DNA of 63,035 nt, filler included, from Sanchytrium tribonematis (GCA_018985235.1; 17 parts of 17 records of this genome joined end to end with filler, not necessarily neighbours in it); one strand, 5' to 3'; numbered from the whole stretch's first letter, positions 22,211 to 32,868 are shown. The notes: a model not told the origin generated them from the sequence alone. Program-made: numbers and translations.

Positions 22211-22654
22211 AAATAAAAAAATGGATCAAAAATTAAGTCGTTTTTTGTAAATGCAACAACAAGTGCAGCTAAATTAGACACCATTAAGGTGAAAGTGATT
22301 GGTAACTCAATGATTATTAATCAAGACTACATAATCATCTCATTAGCACATATAACTTTATCTCAAAAATAAATTGAAAAATCAAAATCCGATATTTCCA
22401 ATCACCACTTTTATAATTAAGGTTCTATAGTAAAACGATTAAATATTATTTTAAAAAAATGGAGAAATGTTTAAGATACACTACAAAATACCAATCTTCT
22501 TCATCATTAAGACATTCATGTCAATAAAATTGACACGGACTTTGTTTCTTGAGACATGCTTACCATTAAAACCAGCGTGTGATGTCTTGTGTTTAAAATA
22601 ATAAATGTACGATTTTTTGAAACAAAATTCAAGTTATATTTTTCAACATTTATT

Positions 22655-23026
22655 TTACGGTTTGTTCATCGATGAAATTGAATTCTTTCTTTCTCTTGTC
22701 TGCTTGATTCTCTCGTCACGATCTTTAGCTTTCTCTCGCTTCTGCTGCAAGAGCGCTTGTTTATTTTGTTCAGCGCGGTCCATTTTTGAATTAAGCTCTT
22801 TCTCGCGTTGGTTTTTAAGTTGCTTATCATTCAACGGTGCTGGTGCAGCTGATTTAACGGTCAATGGAGGTAACTTCTTTTTCCCTTGGTCTGTCGCGTT
22901 ATCATCCAGTGGGATTTCAAAAGCAGTAGATGGAGCAACAGTGTTTGTTGCTTGTACCTCTGGATTGACTTGTTTTCCAGTTTTTTTTGAATTTGAATTC
23001 TTCTCTTGGGAGCTCGTGCAGCCCAT
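22655..23026 (-). CDS. N-acylated stathmin-like coiled-coil protein
   Basis: MGCTSS myristoyl/palmitoyl motif; AFEIPL...KKLPP...ELNSKMDRAEQNKQ resembles the stathmin domain. Confidence 0.55.
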   Translation of the reverse strand: MGCTSSQEKNSNSKKTGKQVNPEVQATNTVAPSTAFEIPLDDNATDQGKKKLPPLTVKSAAPAPLNDKQLKNQREKELNSKMDRAEQNKQALLQQKREKAKDRDERIKQTRERKNSISSMNKP

Positions 23027-23056
23027 TTTTTAACAAAAGCCACTTTAGAGAAATAT

Positions 23057-23443
23057 TTATTTGTTATGGTGATTTCTTTTCTTTTGACTCTTTCTAGCGC
23101 GTTTAGCCATTCTCTTCTCTTTAGCACCCCATACTGTGCCTCCTTCAGTGTTTTCTACTTGCATAAATTCAAATTGGGTGGTTTCTCGCTTTGCTTCTGA
23201 GTTCCAAAGAGTCTTAATGGTGTTGATATTAGCTCTATCTTGTACGGCATCTTTTGAGTCGATTAGAATCTCTCTAAATGGGTTATCAATTAAATGAGGA
23301 GCAACAATTTTTGGTAGTTTCTCTTTAATGATTTGATATTTATCTAAGTCCATCATTCTCTTTTGCTCAACAGGGAGATTATTTTGCTTACGTCTTATGG
23401 CTGCATTGACTCTTCTGGATTTACTTCTAATCGATTTTGCCAT
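23057..23443 (-). CDS. LLPH/DUF2423-like small basic protein
   Basis: MAKSIRSKSRRVNAAIRR N-terminus and basic C-terminus. Confidence 0.7.
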   Translation of the reverse strand: MAKSIRSKSRRVNAAIRRKQNNLPVEQKRMMDLDKYQIIKEKLPKIVAPHLIDNPFREILIDSKDAVQDRANINTIKTLWNSEAKRETTQFEFMQVENTEGGTVWGAKEKRMAKRARKSQKKRNHHNK

Positions 23444-23471
23444 TTCTCCAAGTTGTTTGTCCCTTGAAAAG

Positions 23472-23963
23472 ATGCAAAAATCAAAATTCTCAAAAAGACC
23501 ACTTCGATTCAAGTCAAAGAAATTCAAAAGAAGACCAAAAATTATAAAATCACACTGCTATATGAACAATAATATGATGAGTGTATTATTGAAAAATCGA
23601 AAATTTGTCTGCAAAAGAACGATTAAATCAAAAGGAAAATTGACGCATTTTATAGAATCAACAGCGGACTTGACTGCTAAGAAGACATTTTTTATAGGTT
23701 CAAGCATACTAGATAGATTACCATTTACACCCGTTGATTTAAAAGACGATGTTTGTACATGTTTTGTCAGTGAAGGCTCCTTGAAAGAAATGAACACAAT
23801 ACATCACCAATTAAAAGAGCATAAAGTGAATCCAACTGAATTGGAGATATTTGAAGATATATATCTCGATAAAGAAGATCCCATTGATATGACAAAGCAG
23901 GTAAAACCCACAAAATCATCGCTTTTCATTTCGAAGGAAATTCTTGACTTTTGCTGCCTTTAG
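23472..23963 (+). CDS. Hypothetical basic protein
   Basis: 163-aa ATG ORF divergent from the LLPH-like gene; ends TAG GAA TAA with AATAAA. Confidence 0.5.
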   Translation: MQKSKFSKRPLRFKSKKFKRRPKIIKSHCYMNNNMMSVLLKNRKFVCKRTIKSKGKLTHFIESTADLTAKKTFFIGSSILDRLPFTPVDLKDDVCTCFVSEGSLKEMNTIHHQLKEHKVNPTELEIFEDIYLDKEDPIDMTKQVKPTKSSLFISKEILDFCCL

Positions 23964-24278
23964 GAATAAATCAGTTTATTAAACTCAGTATTGCGCAACT
24001 TTCTCTAGTATGATGAATATTATGATGGCGGCTAATTGAAATATTAAATCACTTTTCTCAACGTCAGCAAAATTTGTCACGAAATGGCTCATAAATTGGC
24101 TTTCTTGGAATATTCCATTTACGGGTACTCATGTTATAGTTTGAATGGAAACGCGTTGACTATTTGACTACGTTACTTAGACCCATTGATCATTAAAATC
24201 GAGATATTACTTAGATTGATTTTCTTTTACTTCAAAATCATTTTCCAGAAATGGCTGTGGCTTAATTCTATTTTAGAA

Positions 24279-24434
24279 ATGACGCCAAAATCTGCTCATG
24301 AACATCTTCGCGAAGTTCAATTCAAACACCTCGTTAATGAGCTTTTCAAGTTTGAAGGTCAACCAAATCCGTGTAAAATCACTCATCAAAACTACTCAAC
24401 CATTTTAAAAAATAGATTAACTCGCGCAGAATAG
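24279..24434 (+). CDS. Possible small hypothetical protein (51 aa)
   Basis: ATG ORF with AATAAA shortly downstream; no recognisable motif. Confidence 0.25.
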   Translation: MTPKSAHEHLREVQFKHLVNELFKFEGQPNPCKITHQNYSTILKNRLTRAE

Positions 24435-24520
24435 AACTCTAGAAATAAAAAAGTCAATACATTCTTTTGTATTTTTCCATTTTTCTTTAAAGTGGCTTGT
24501 TTTTTGATTTTTGACCAGAA

Positions 24521-25397
24521 ATGTCTGCTTTTGGTGATTTTAAACCATTATGCCTCAAGACAGTCCTCCCATTCTGTAAAGTATTCAACAGTGACACAGT
24601 AATTCCATGGAAAGACTCAGCTCAAACATGTCAAGCTTCTCGAGTTACTTCTATAGACTCTGATTTGGGTGAGATTATTGCTTGTTTCCTCGCATTTCTA
24701 GGAACATTAATCATTGCATATAGGACATACACGAAATACGCGGCAGTAGGACGCATAGAAATGAATATTTTGAATATATTTTACGGAGGTATTTTACTAA
24801 CAAATGTTTTACTGGGAGTTCCTAGTTTAAGTGATCATTTACCACAAGTAGCAGCTGCGTACTGTGCTTTTATATGTGGTTTCTTCTGGGTGCTATTCAT
24901 GAATGGATTCGTCGGATATCAAGTCGTTGAAGATGGATCTGTGTTGAGTGTTTGGGGAATATTGTTATCTAGTTTATTATTTTCATTTATTGGTGGATAT
25001 TACTCATATGGTGTCGGATGGGGTGGCATCTCTTTATTACCAATCCCCAAATCCAATTCCCCTACACTTTATGGCATATTATTAATATGGCCACTCATTA
25101 GCATGGTTTTATACTGCGGATTAATGGTTATTTTAGTATTCAAGAATTTAAGTCAGCGTAAGCCCATTGTTTACCTGTTTGTAAGTGCCATTTTGATGAT
25201 ATTTTCATGTGTTTTCTCCTTTGCGTTGACAGATCAAATTTGCTCAGGAAGCAACAAAAGTTTATCCGGATTACCATTTGGTGTGATATTTGGATTCCTA
25301 GCATATTGTATGTTATTCAAGTTTTGGTTTTCCATCACAGAGGGTATTTTTAATTTATTTAGACCAATTTGGTGATTTTGATGATGACAAGGTTTAA
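24521..25397 (+). CDS. CHS7: Chitin synthase export chaperone Chs7; exons 24521-25343, 25363-25397
   Basis: FGDFKPLC...LPFC, KYAAVGRIEM, NGFVGYQVVEDGS, IC...GLPFG, KFWFSITEDQF after splicing. Confidence 0.9.
25344..25362 (+). other. 19-nt spliceosomal intron
   Basis: gtatttttaatttatttag; gives SITE|DQFGDFDDDKV ending at TAATAAA. Confidence 0.85.
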
Positions 25398-25405
25398 TAA
25401 AAGAT

Positions 25406-26146
25406 TTATTTGTGAGTTCTCTTTAATCTTTTCGTTTGAAGCTGTTGCAAGTACTTTTCGTCAGTGCTCGCTATGATATACTTTAATCTTTGATTATTCC
25501 CAAATTCAAAATTTAAATTCAACGATTTTATCAACATGGTTGATTTTTGCAACAAGTCTTTCATATTGTCAAAATTTGACAATTTAAACTCGTTTAATTT
25601 CTTTTTTAATCCTTTCTTTTTGGTAATTAAAGCAAGATATGATATTTCTACTTGAATGTCCAAATAGGTCACTTGCTGCAAATCTAAACCATTGACTGCA
25701 AAAACAAGATCATGATATGCATCAAACATGGCTATCAAGGTCTCTCGGGTGTGTGTTCTATATTTGGCACTAATTTCGAATTTCAGGTTGAATTTCTCAG
25801 TTTCTTGTTCATTTACATTGTGATTTAATAGATTTTGAACTAATAAATTCAATTGGATAGTAGATTTAAATTGAAATTGGTTTAATTGCTTATGTAGCTG
25901 CTCCTCTAAGTAAGTTGGAAATTTATGTAATATCTTATTTGGCCAATATGCCTTGCTTTTGCATAATTCAGGTTTTGCATTCAATTTTTCGAGAAATTGA
26001 CATAACTTATCATGAACAGATTCTTCTAAAGTGAATGCATTCGAGGATTCATCCATAGATTGCTCCTGGGTTGAACCAGCGACATAGCCTCTTTCAAATA
26101 CTTCATTTGAACTGAATACACAAAATGTTAATAGCAATAGAAACAT
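25406..26146 (-). CDS. Hypothetical secreted protein
   Basis: Signal-peptide-like MFLLLLTFCVFS; 246-aa ORF; TAA within AATAAA. Confidence 0.6.
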   Translation of the reverse strand: MFLLLLTFCVFSSNEVFERGYVAGSTQEQSMDESSNAFTLEESVHDKLCQFLEKLNAKPELCKSKAYWPNKILHKFPTYLEEQLHKQLNQFQFKSTIQLNLLVQNLLNHNVNEQETEKFNLKFEISAKYRTHTRETLIAMFDAYHDLVFAVNGLDLQQVTYLDIQVEISYLALITKKKGLKKKLNEFKLSNFDNMKDLLQKSTMLIKSLNLNFEFGNNQRLKYIIASTDEKYLQQLQTKRLKRTHK

Positions 26147-26257
26147 GTTTGAGAAATGACATCATTAAATTGCAAATTTGAATTCATGGAGAATCTCCGT
26201 TAAACTTTGTGAATGTGTATTTACATTTAAATTCAATCCATCCCCATTTCTATTTCA

Positions 26258-27133
26258 ATGAGTTGTAAAATTGGATATCAAGGATCTCCATTTAATTACT
26301 CTCATATTGCATTACAAGAAATGTGTAAAAAATACAAAATTAAATCCGATTATCAACATTATGACACTTTTGATGGATTATTTACATCTGATAGTGACTA
26401 CGTGTTCTTTGCCATTCAAAATAATAGTGCGTTGTTAAATGATGTCTTTGAAAAGATGACAGAACATCAATTTAATATTTGTGCTGAATATTTCTTTGGG
26501 ACTAGTTTAAATTTAGTTGGGAATGGAGAATTGAATGATGTGAAATATATTGCATCTGTGACACATTTGACAGGTATTTGTAAAAAGTATTTAAGTCAAT
26601 TTAACGGAAAATATCAAATTATCAATTTTGATGATTCTAGCAAGGCAGTTGAATTTGTATCCAAATCTGGTAAAGAATATGCTGCTATTGCACCACAATA
26701 CACTGCCAAACAATACAATTTAAAAGTCATTGCATCCCAAATTGAAGATTCAAATGCAATCACCAGATTCTTTTTGTCTACGAAATTAGACTCAAAAATG
26801 AATGAATTCAATTTCAAGGTACAGAATGAGCCATTTAAAAGCACATTTATGATAAAAATCACGAATACATCTGGTTCTTTGTATAATGCCATTGGCACTT
26901 TTAGCAGCAGACAAATCAACATCTCTCAAATTGAGTCATTTCCATCTGCAAGATCTAATAATTACAATAGTCCATGGGAGCATTACTTTTTATTGGATGT
27001 AGAAGGTAGTTTAAAAGATGCAAATGTCTCAAAAGCAGTAGAACATTTAAAAGAATTTGCATATGTGACTATTTCAGGATCTTATGCCAGTTTGGTGTAT
27101 GATCAACCACTTGTTAGTTCAGTAGGCGTCTAA
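26258..27133 (+). CDS. PHA2: Prephenate dehydratase (PDT + ACT)
   Basis: IGYQG..NYSH, IQNNS, IED..AITRF, GSLYNAI..F..RQINISQIESFP, HYFLLDVEG, GSY. Confidence 0.9.
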   Translation: MSCKIGYQGSPFNYSHIALQEMCKKYKIKSDYQHYDTFDGLFTSDSDYVFFAIQNNSALLNDVFEKMTEHQFNICAEYFFGTSLNLVGNGELNDVKYIASVTHLTGICKKYLSQFNGKYQIINFDDSSKAVEFVSKSGKEYAAIAPQYTAKQYNLKVIASQIEDSNAITRFFLSTKLDSKMNEFNFKVQNEPFKSTFMIKITNTSGSLYNAIGTFSSRQINISQIESFPSARSNNYNSPWEHYFLLDVEGSLKDANVSKAVEHLKEFAYVTISGSYASLVYDQPLVSSVGV

Positions 27134-27214
27134 ATAAATCATTGGTTTCAATATTTTCTGATTGGTACAAGAAATCCGACGTTGCTTCTTTTATTTGAAT
27201 TTATTAAAATCAAC

Positions 27215-27760
27215 ATGAAAGATATTAAATCTGTTTTATTTATCTGGTTCTTTGTATCTGTACTAATAGACTTGGCAAGTTATCCAATTCAGTGGTATTT
27301 TTTCATGATTGGTTTGTCAGGCCATTTATTTGGTTTATTTGCCATTCTAATTCACAAAATTGATATTTTACAAATTGCCTTGTATTTTTACACATTTACC
27401 GTCTACTTCAATGTCATTGCATTATTGTTTTATGCATTATTTCTTGTGGATCAGCCTAAAAATTTATATATTTCACTTGACAATTTGATTTTTTGGATTA
27501 TTGGAATAGTATTTTACATGATTATTACCGGGTTATTTACTTTAATGGCTTTTAGTAACTTTATCGAGGATTTGAAGTTTGATTTGTGGCAATCGCATTT
27601 ATCTAAACAAGATAAATTAGATCATTCCTACATTGGAATTGATATTTTACAAGATTCTTTCATTCAATCACATTGTAATGATCAATTATTGACTATATTA
27701 GAATCTACAAGATTCCCAATTGATATTGAGACAGTGTCAAACCATACAGAAGAAGAATAA
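27215..27760 (+). CDS. 4-TM membrane protein (lineage-specific family)
   Basis: Four hydrophobic segments and polar tail; resembles the ORFs at 32128 and 32869. Confidence 0.65.
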   Translation: MKDIKSVLFIWFFVSVLIDLASYPIQWYFFMIGLSGHLFGLFAILIHKIDILQIALYFYTFTVYFNVIALLFYALFLVDQPKNLYISLDNLIFWIIGIVFYMIITGLFTLMAFSNFIEDLKFDLWQSHLSKQDKLDHSYIGIDILQDSFIQSHCNDQLLTILESTRFPIDIETVSNHTEEE

Positions 27761-27764
27761 AATT

Positions 27765-30700
27765 TTATTTACACAATATTTGCAATCTTACATTTGCCTC
27801 TAAATATCCTTTATCAAGTGCTTGCTGGTAATAATTAACAGCCTTATTGATATCCTTGGTGACATCCAGTCCAAATTCATAGATAATACCCAATGAAAAT
27901 AATCCAACTTTGTCTCCATTTGATTTTTCATACCAAATTCGTGCTTTTGTAAAGTCTTTCACACAGCCAGAGCCATTGTAATACATGGTACCCAAATTGA
28001 CACATGAATTTGGCTCATGTAAATCAGCACCTTTTTGAAATAATTCCATTGCTTTTGCATCATTTTTAGCAACATATTGACCATCTCTATACATGGTGCC
28101 CAAATTGTTAAATGCGACTGGATGATTCAATTCTACTGCTTTTGAAAAGTACTCTACTGCTTTTTTATAATCAATTGGACATCCAGAGCCTAGTTTATAA
28201 CAGATCCCAACTCGGTTAATTGCAACAATTTCCCCCAAGTTTGCAGATTGCAAAAATAGTTCAAATGCTTTTACCTCATCTTTTACGACTCCCTGACCAT
28301 CCGCATATAGATTCCCAAGATTATTAAATCCCACAGCTTTATTTAATTTCATCGCTTTTTCAAAATATAATTTGGCATTTGAAAAATCACGCAAATCTGT
28401 ATAAATATTGCCTAAATGACATATTGCCTCATCATATCCCTTTTGAATCGCAATTTTATATAATAGAATTGCTTTTTGAACATCTTTAGGAACGCCCAAT
28501 CCATTTAAATTCAAATATCCCAAATTAAAGAAACTCACAGATTCTCCCATATTTGCAGCTTCTTGATAATATGAAGCAGCCATTATATTATCAACTGCTA
28601 CACCATACCCATTTCTATAAAAAATACCCAATTGATTATACGAGGTATAACTTCCCAAGAAGCTACCGAGTTCATAATATTTCAAAGCTTTTGTATAATT
28701 TTTGTCTTCTTCATATAATTTAGCCAATGAATGAGCCGCACTACCATGATTATTCTTTGCAGCAGACTCGTAAAAAGTCATAGCCGCAGCTCTATTCATG
28801 TTGCATCCTATTCCATCTCTATTGAGCCATCCCAAATAATATGCCGCATATGCATGCTTTTTAATGCTTAGAAACATTTCATATGCTAGTTTCTCATTTT
28901 TATCAATACTCAATCCAAACAACTTCATAATTGCAACTATAAAAATGGCTAAAGGATCTTTCAAAGGTTTCAAAATTTGATATGCACTCTCAATTGACTT
29001 GCTGCAGCCAATTCCAAAGTAAAGAAATATGCAATTCCAAGTTGGATCACTTTTAATAGTATTATATAGTTTAATATACTCATTCACATTCGATTTGAGA
29101 GCAGTAATCAAATATTGCTCAATATAATAGATTTCATATTGATTCAATAATGTGATGAAATTCTTTTTATATTGACTCGGATTACCAATGGATTCCTCTA
29201 ATTCCTCGTGAATAGACTGCTTTGTGGGCGGACCCACTAGATCTTCAATAATTTCATTTGAAATCAAGGAGTCAGAATTTACATCAAGTAAATCTTCCAT
29301 TTCTTTAACTTTAGTAGTCGCTGATGTATCACCATACTTTTCAGCATTTCTGTAATAATCTAGTGCCAAATTTAGATTTTTATTGATGCCGAGTCCACCT
29401 TCATAAAGCACTCCCAAAGAGTAATGAGAAGCTGCAACATTTGATTTGGCACCCAATTCATAATATTCTCTCGCTTTTACATAATCTTGCGGTACTCCAT
29501 AGCCATAAAAGTAAGCGGTACCAATATTATTAGACCCAACTGCCAAACCTTGACTCTCTGCAGCTTTAAAACATTCTAATGCTTTATCGTATTGCTTCAT
29601 TTCTTGATATAAGTTGCCCAAATGAACATGAGATTGATAATAACCCATAGAAATGGCCACTTGAAAATTTGATTTTGATTTCTCTAAATCTTTTACACAT
29701 CCAGTTCCTACTTGATACAATCGACCTAATACATGATAACTAGCACTTTCTCCAAATTCAGCACCTTTTGAATAGTATTTAAATGCTTCAGACATGTCTA
29801 AATTCTTGTAAATTCCATTTTCATAAAAATGCGCAACTTGGTGGTATCCAGTGGAATAACCACCTTTTGAGGCTTCAAAATACATCTCAAATGCCTTTCT
29901 TTGATCTATTTCTACACCCATACCATCTTTGTAGCACCAAGCAAGATAGAAATATCCTGGGGCAATTTTCAATTCTGCTAATTTTTTGTAATATTCAACT
30001 GCAACATTTAAATTTTTAACGGTCCCTGCACCATATTGAGACATGAATCCTAAAAATAGATTAGCAAGTGGCTCAGTACAAGACTTGAAAATATTGAAAA
30101 TATGAGTCTCATTGTTTGCAAAATGGATGGAAAAGTAGTCTAGAACATTCATGAAGAACTTGCTGGAGTACTTGAATTTGATTTGGTCGACAAGAGACTT
30201 GAATGCGTTCATTTCTATAAAAAATAACTCAATATTATAAATTTGATTTGTATTGATTAATTTCAACAAAGCTGCTTCAAATGTATCTATATCTTGACCA
30301 ATTAGGGCATTTTCTACTAGCTTAAATAAAGGCAAGCCATTAGTACCATCTAAATTGACACTTTTCTTAATGATTTGAGGTGTCGGGGACTTGATTGAGT
30401 TTGGAGAGGATGAGCTCGTTGAGCTATCATATTTAGAGTCGTTTTTGACATCTTTTGTCGGAATAGATTGTGTAGAAACCTGCTTATTCACTTGTTTGGA
30501 TGGCTTATCCAGTAAAGCAACCATTTCTTTCATAGAAATGCGGTCTTTTGGATGTTGGGTCCAACCTTTAATGATAATCTCAAAAATCGAACCATCAATC
30601 TCTTTTGCTGAATATGGCCGCATACCTTGTCCAACTGCCTTTTCCATATCTTTGGAACCCATATCTTTCCATGGAATCGTTTTCGTGCAAATTTCCCCGA

Positions 30701-31979
30701 GTACGATTGAAAATGAAAATACATCTCCAGCAAATGGGAAATCTTTTCGAGACTGTAAGTGCTCCGGAGAAATATCCCAATATTCTGGTGCCCTCCACTG
30801 GTCAGTTCCTGTAATTCTACTTTTTCCTAGGGACGACATATTGGAGGAGTTTGTTAATTTGGCCATTCCCAGGTCGATAATACGCGGAAGGAATAATTTG
30901 TCTAGCATGACATTGTTAGATTTTATATCATTGTGTGCAATCCCGTTGGCATGCATATACGCCAAACCACGGGCAATTCCCAGCTGAATTTTATTCAAAT
31001 GTTCTGACGGTAGATTCTCATCAAAATATAACCAGCTGGATAGTGTATTATTATCCATGTACTCAGTAATGACGGCCAGATTTCCATCAACAGTGCTAAC
31101 ACCATAAAATTTTACAATAAACGGAGATTTCTGCAACATTTCAAATGCTTTGACTTCTTTTAGAATGGCTTTATTTTTGAGAAAAGCATCTGATTTGACT
31201 TTGTAGCTACCAGGATCTTTGAATGGAATATCTTTCATTCTTTTAACAGCAACGTTTATCCCAATCCATTGGCCTAAATAGACGGTACCAAAGGAGCCAC
31301 TTCCCAGTTCTTCTTCTGTATCCACGACCAAGTCTTTGATGTAATCTATCTCAAATGGCTTGGATTTTTCGATTATAACCTCTTTTGTGACCTGAATCTC
31401 TTGAACCGTCACTTGCTGATTTTTTGAGTTCATTAGCTGCTCAAACATCATTTTCATAGCTTTAATTTCATTCTGAGATGCTTTGATATTGTCGTTGACA
31501 AGTTTTAAGACTTGGGCAGAGTCATCTGTGTTCATTTTATCCATTTTACCAATTAAAATCTCCAATTGACCAGATATCTCTGCATCGTTTTTATTCAATT
31601 GGGAAGTATCTTCTTTTATATCTATCGTGTTGCATACAACGAGCTCGTTAAGCAGTCTCGACAACTCCTCGTTGAATTTTCCAAACTCATCTTTAAACTT
31701 TTCAGCTTTAATCATCTTGGTGATCAAGTTTTTATCCTCAAAACGCGTGATAAATTTTGAAATCTCTCCCATGGTGTTCAATAATGTATTCAAAGTATGA
31801 ATCGTAGTCGTAGAAAATGTTTTATTTCCCATTTCTTTTAAAATCAAATGTAACCGAGTCAGTCTAGTATGAAGCTGCTTCGCTTCATCTAAATTATCAC
31901 AGGCTAACTTAATCCTTTCTAGAATTGGTAGAATAAAGCCAATAACTTCAAAAGCTTTCCCGATCAATATTACTTCCAT
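27765..31979 (-). CDS. MLKL-like N-terminal helical domain + TKL protein kinase + two arrays of Sel1-like repeats (1404 aa)
   Basis: Four-helix N-terminus (N..EAKQL..RL..L...L), GSGSFG, VAVK, HNDIKSNN, DLG, GTDQWRAPE, DVFSF; many (N)LG..Y..G.GV.KD..KA..Y repeats. Confidence 0.88.
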   Translation of the reverse strand: MEVILIGKAFEVIGFILPILERIKLACDNLDEAKQLHTRLTRLHLILKEMGNKTFSTTTIHTLNTLLNTMGEISKFITRFEDKNLITKMIKAEKFKDEFGKFNEELSRLLNELVVCNTIDIKEDTSQLNKNDAEISGQLEILIGKMDKMNTDDSAQVLKLVNDNIKASQNEIKAMKMMFEQLMNSKNQQVTVQEIQVTKEVIIEKSKPFEIDYIKDLVVDTEEELGSGSFGTVYLGQWIGINVAVKRMKDIPFKDPGSYKVKSDAFLKNKAILKEVKAFEMLQKSPFIVKFYGVSTVDGNLAVITEYMDNNTLSSWLYFDENLPSEHLNKIQLGIARGLAYMHANGIAHNDIKSNNVMLDKLFLPRIIDLGMAKLTNSSNMSSLGKSRITGTDQWRAPEYWDISPEHLQSRKDFPFAGDVFSFSIVLGEICTKTIPWKDMGSKDMEKAVGQGMRPYSAKEIDGSIFEIIIKGWTQHPKDRISMKEMVALLDKPSKQVNKQVSTQSIPTKDVKNDSKYDSSTSSSSPNSIKSPTPQIIKKSVNLDGTNGLPLFKLVENALIGQDIDTFEAALLKLINTNQIYNIELFFIEMNAFKSLVDQIKFKYSSKFFMNVLDYFSIHFANNETHIFNIFKSCTEPLANLFLGFMSQYGAGTVKNLNVAVEYYKKLAELKIAPGYFYLAWCYKDGMGVEIDQRKAFEMYFEASKGGYSTGYHQVAHFYENGIYKNLDMSEAFKYYSKGAEFGESASYHVLGRLYQVGTGCVKDLEKSKSNFQVAISMGYYQSHVHLGNLYQEMKQYDKALECFKAAESQGLAVGSNNIGTAYFYGYGVPQDYVKAREYYELGAKSNVAASHYSLGVLYEGGLGINKNLNLALDYYRNAEKYGDTSATTKVKEMEDLLDVNSDSLISNEIIEDLVGPPTKQSIHEELEESIGNPSQYKKNFITLLNQYEIYYIEQYLITALKSNVNEYIKLYNTIKSDPTWNCIFLYFGIGCSKSIESAYQILKPLKDPLAIFIVAIMKLFGLSIDKNEKLAYEMFLSIKKHAYAAYYLGWLNRDGIGCNMNRAAAMTFYESAAKNNHGSAAHSLAKLYEEDKNYTKALKYYELGSFLGSYTSYNQLGIFYRNGYGVAVDNIMAASYYQEAANMGESVSFFNLGYLNLNGLGVPKDVQKAILLYKIAIQKGYDEAICHLGNIYTDLRDFSNAKLYFEKAMKLNKAVGFNNLGNLYADGQGVVKDEVKAFELFLQSANLGEIVAINRVGICYKLGSGCPIDYKKAVEYFSKAVELNHPVAFNNLGTMYRDGQYVAKNDAKAMELFQKGADLHEPNSCVNLGTMYYNGSGCVKDFTKARIWYEKSNGDKVGLFSLGIIYEFGLDVTKDINKAVNYYQQALDKGYLEANVRLQILCK

Positions 31980-32127
31980 GATATTGGCCTAGTCAGATAG
32001 ACATAGCTACAAAGTGGGTCAATTAATTCAAAAGACAAAGTCCCATTGCACTCAGGACTTTTAGATCATTTGATTGGGTATTAGACAGGGATTTCCCCGT
32101 TTAACATCGTTGTCGAATCATTCCAAA

Positions 32128-32715
32128 ATGAGTTTGAAGTCAATTTTATTATTAATAATCTGGCTAGGGCTATTGACGGCATTTAACATGTACTATTTTA
32201 CCCTGAAGGGCATCCTGATTTACCTATTAGCTGCTGCATTCTATATAGTTTGCATTTTAACGTTATTTGTTAAAAACATTAGATTCAAGCAAATTATCTA
32301 TGCTATTTATGCCATTGTATCCATGGCATATTTTACCGTATTCGCCTTAGAATTAAATCAAATGAACTTTCAAATTTCATCCCAATACAATAATTTCATT
32401 TTAACATGCACATTTGCATACTTTATTGGGACTATTATTTCATATTACATCGTTTATTGGCATTTAATACATCAAGAAAAGGATTACAAGTCTAAAAGAT
32501 TAAGTGCGTGGATTCAAAACTCATTTGATAATCCTCACATAAATCAGCGTGATTTTTATCCAGTTCGTGATCCAGAATCTCATAGTTCTAGTATCACCAA
32601 GATAGTGACTGAAATGGTGACTTCCGGACCATCTTCAGATGAAGCATCACCTAATACAAGCAGTCTCGGATCTAATTTAAGCAACCAAAGCAACCTAACC
32701 GTCAGAAATAAATAA
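32128..32715 (+). CDS. 4-TM membrane protein (lineage-specific family)
   Basis: Four hydrophobic helices and S-rich tail; TAA within AATAAA. Confidence 0.65.
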   Translation: MSLKSILLLIIWLGLLTAFNMYYFTLKGILIYLLAAAFYIVCILTLFVKNIRFKQIIYAIYAIVSMAYFTVFALELNQMNFQISSQYNNFILTCTFAYFIGTIISYYIVYWHLIHQEKDYKSKRLSAWIQNSFDNPHINQRDFYPVRDPESHSSSITKIVTEMVTSGPSSDEASPNTSSLGSNLSNQSNLTVRNK

Positions 32716-32868
32716 TTTTAGAATCCCCTGCTTGGTTGACACACTTGATGTATTTCAATTGGCGTGCTTCTAGCCATTTCGCCTTCAAATCGAGGTAATA
32801 TAGATTATCATGTGATTGGCCAATCATTCATTTTTACAAATTAAAAACGATACACACTCCAAATCACA

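Noticed and set aside
24257..24276. Candidate 20-nt intron gtggcttaattctattttag after ATG GCT
   Set aside because: Splicing gives ATG GCT AAA TGA, an immediate stop, and no homology supports it
29783..31760. Antisense and alternate-frame ORFs over the kinase and other genes
   Set aside because: Shadows of well-supported genes on the other strand or frame
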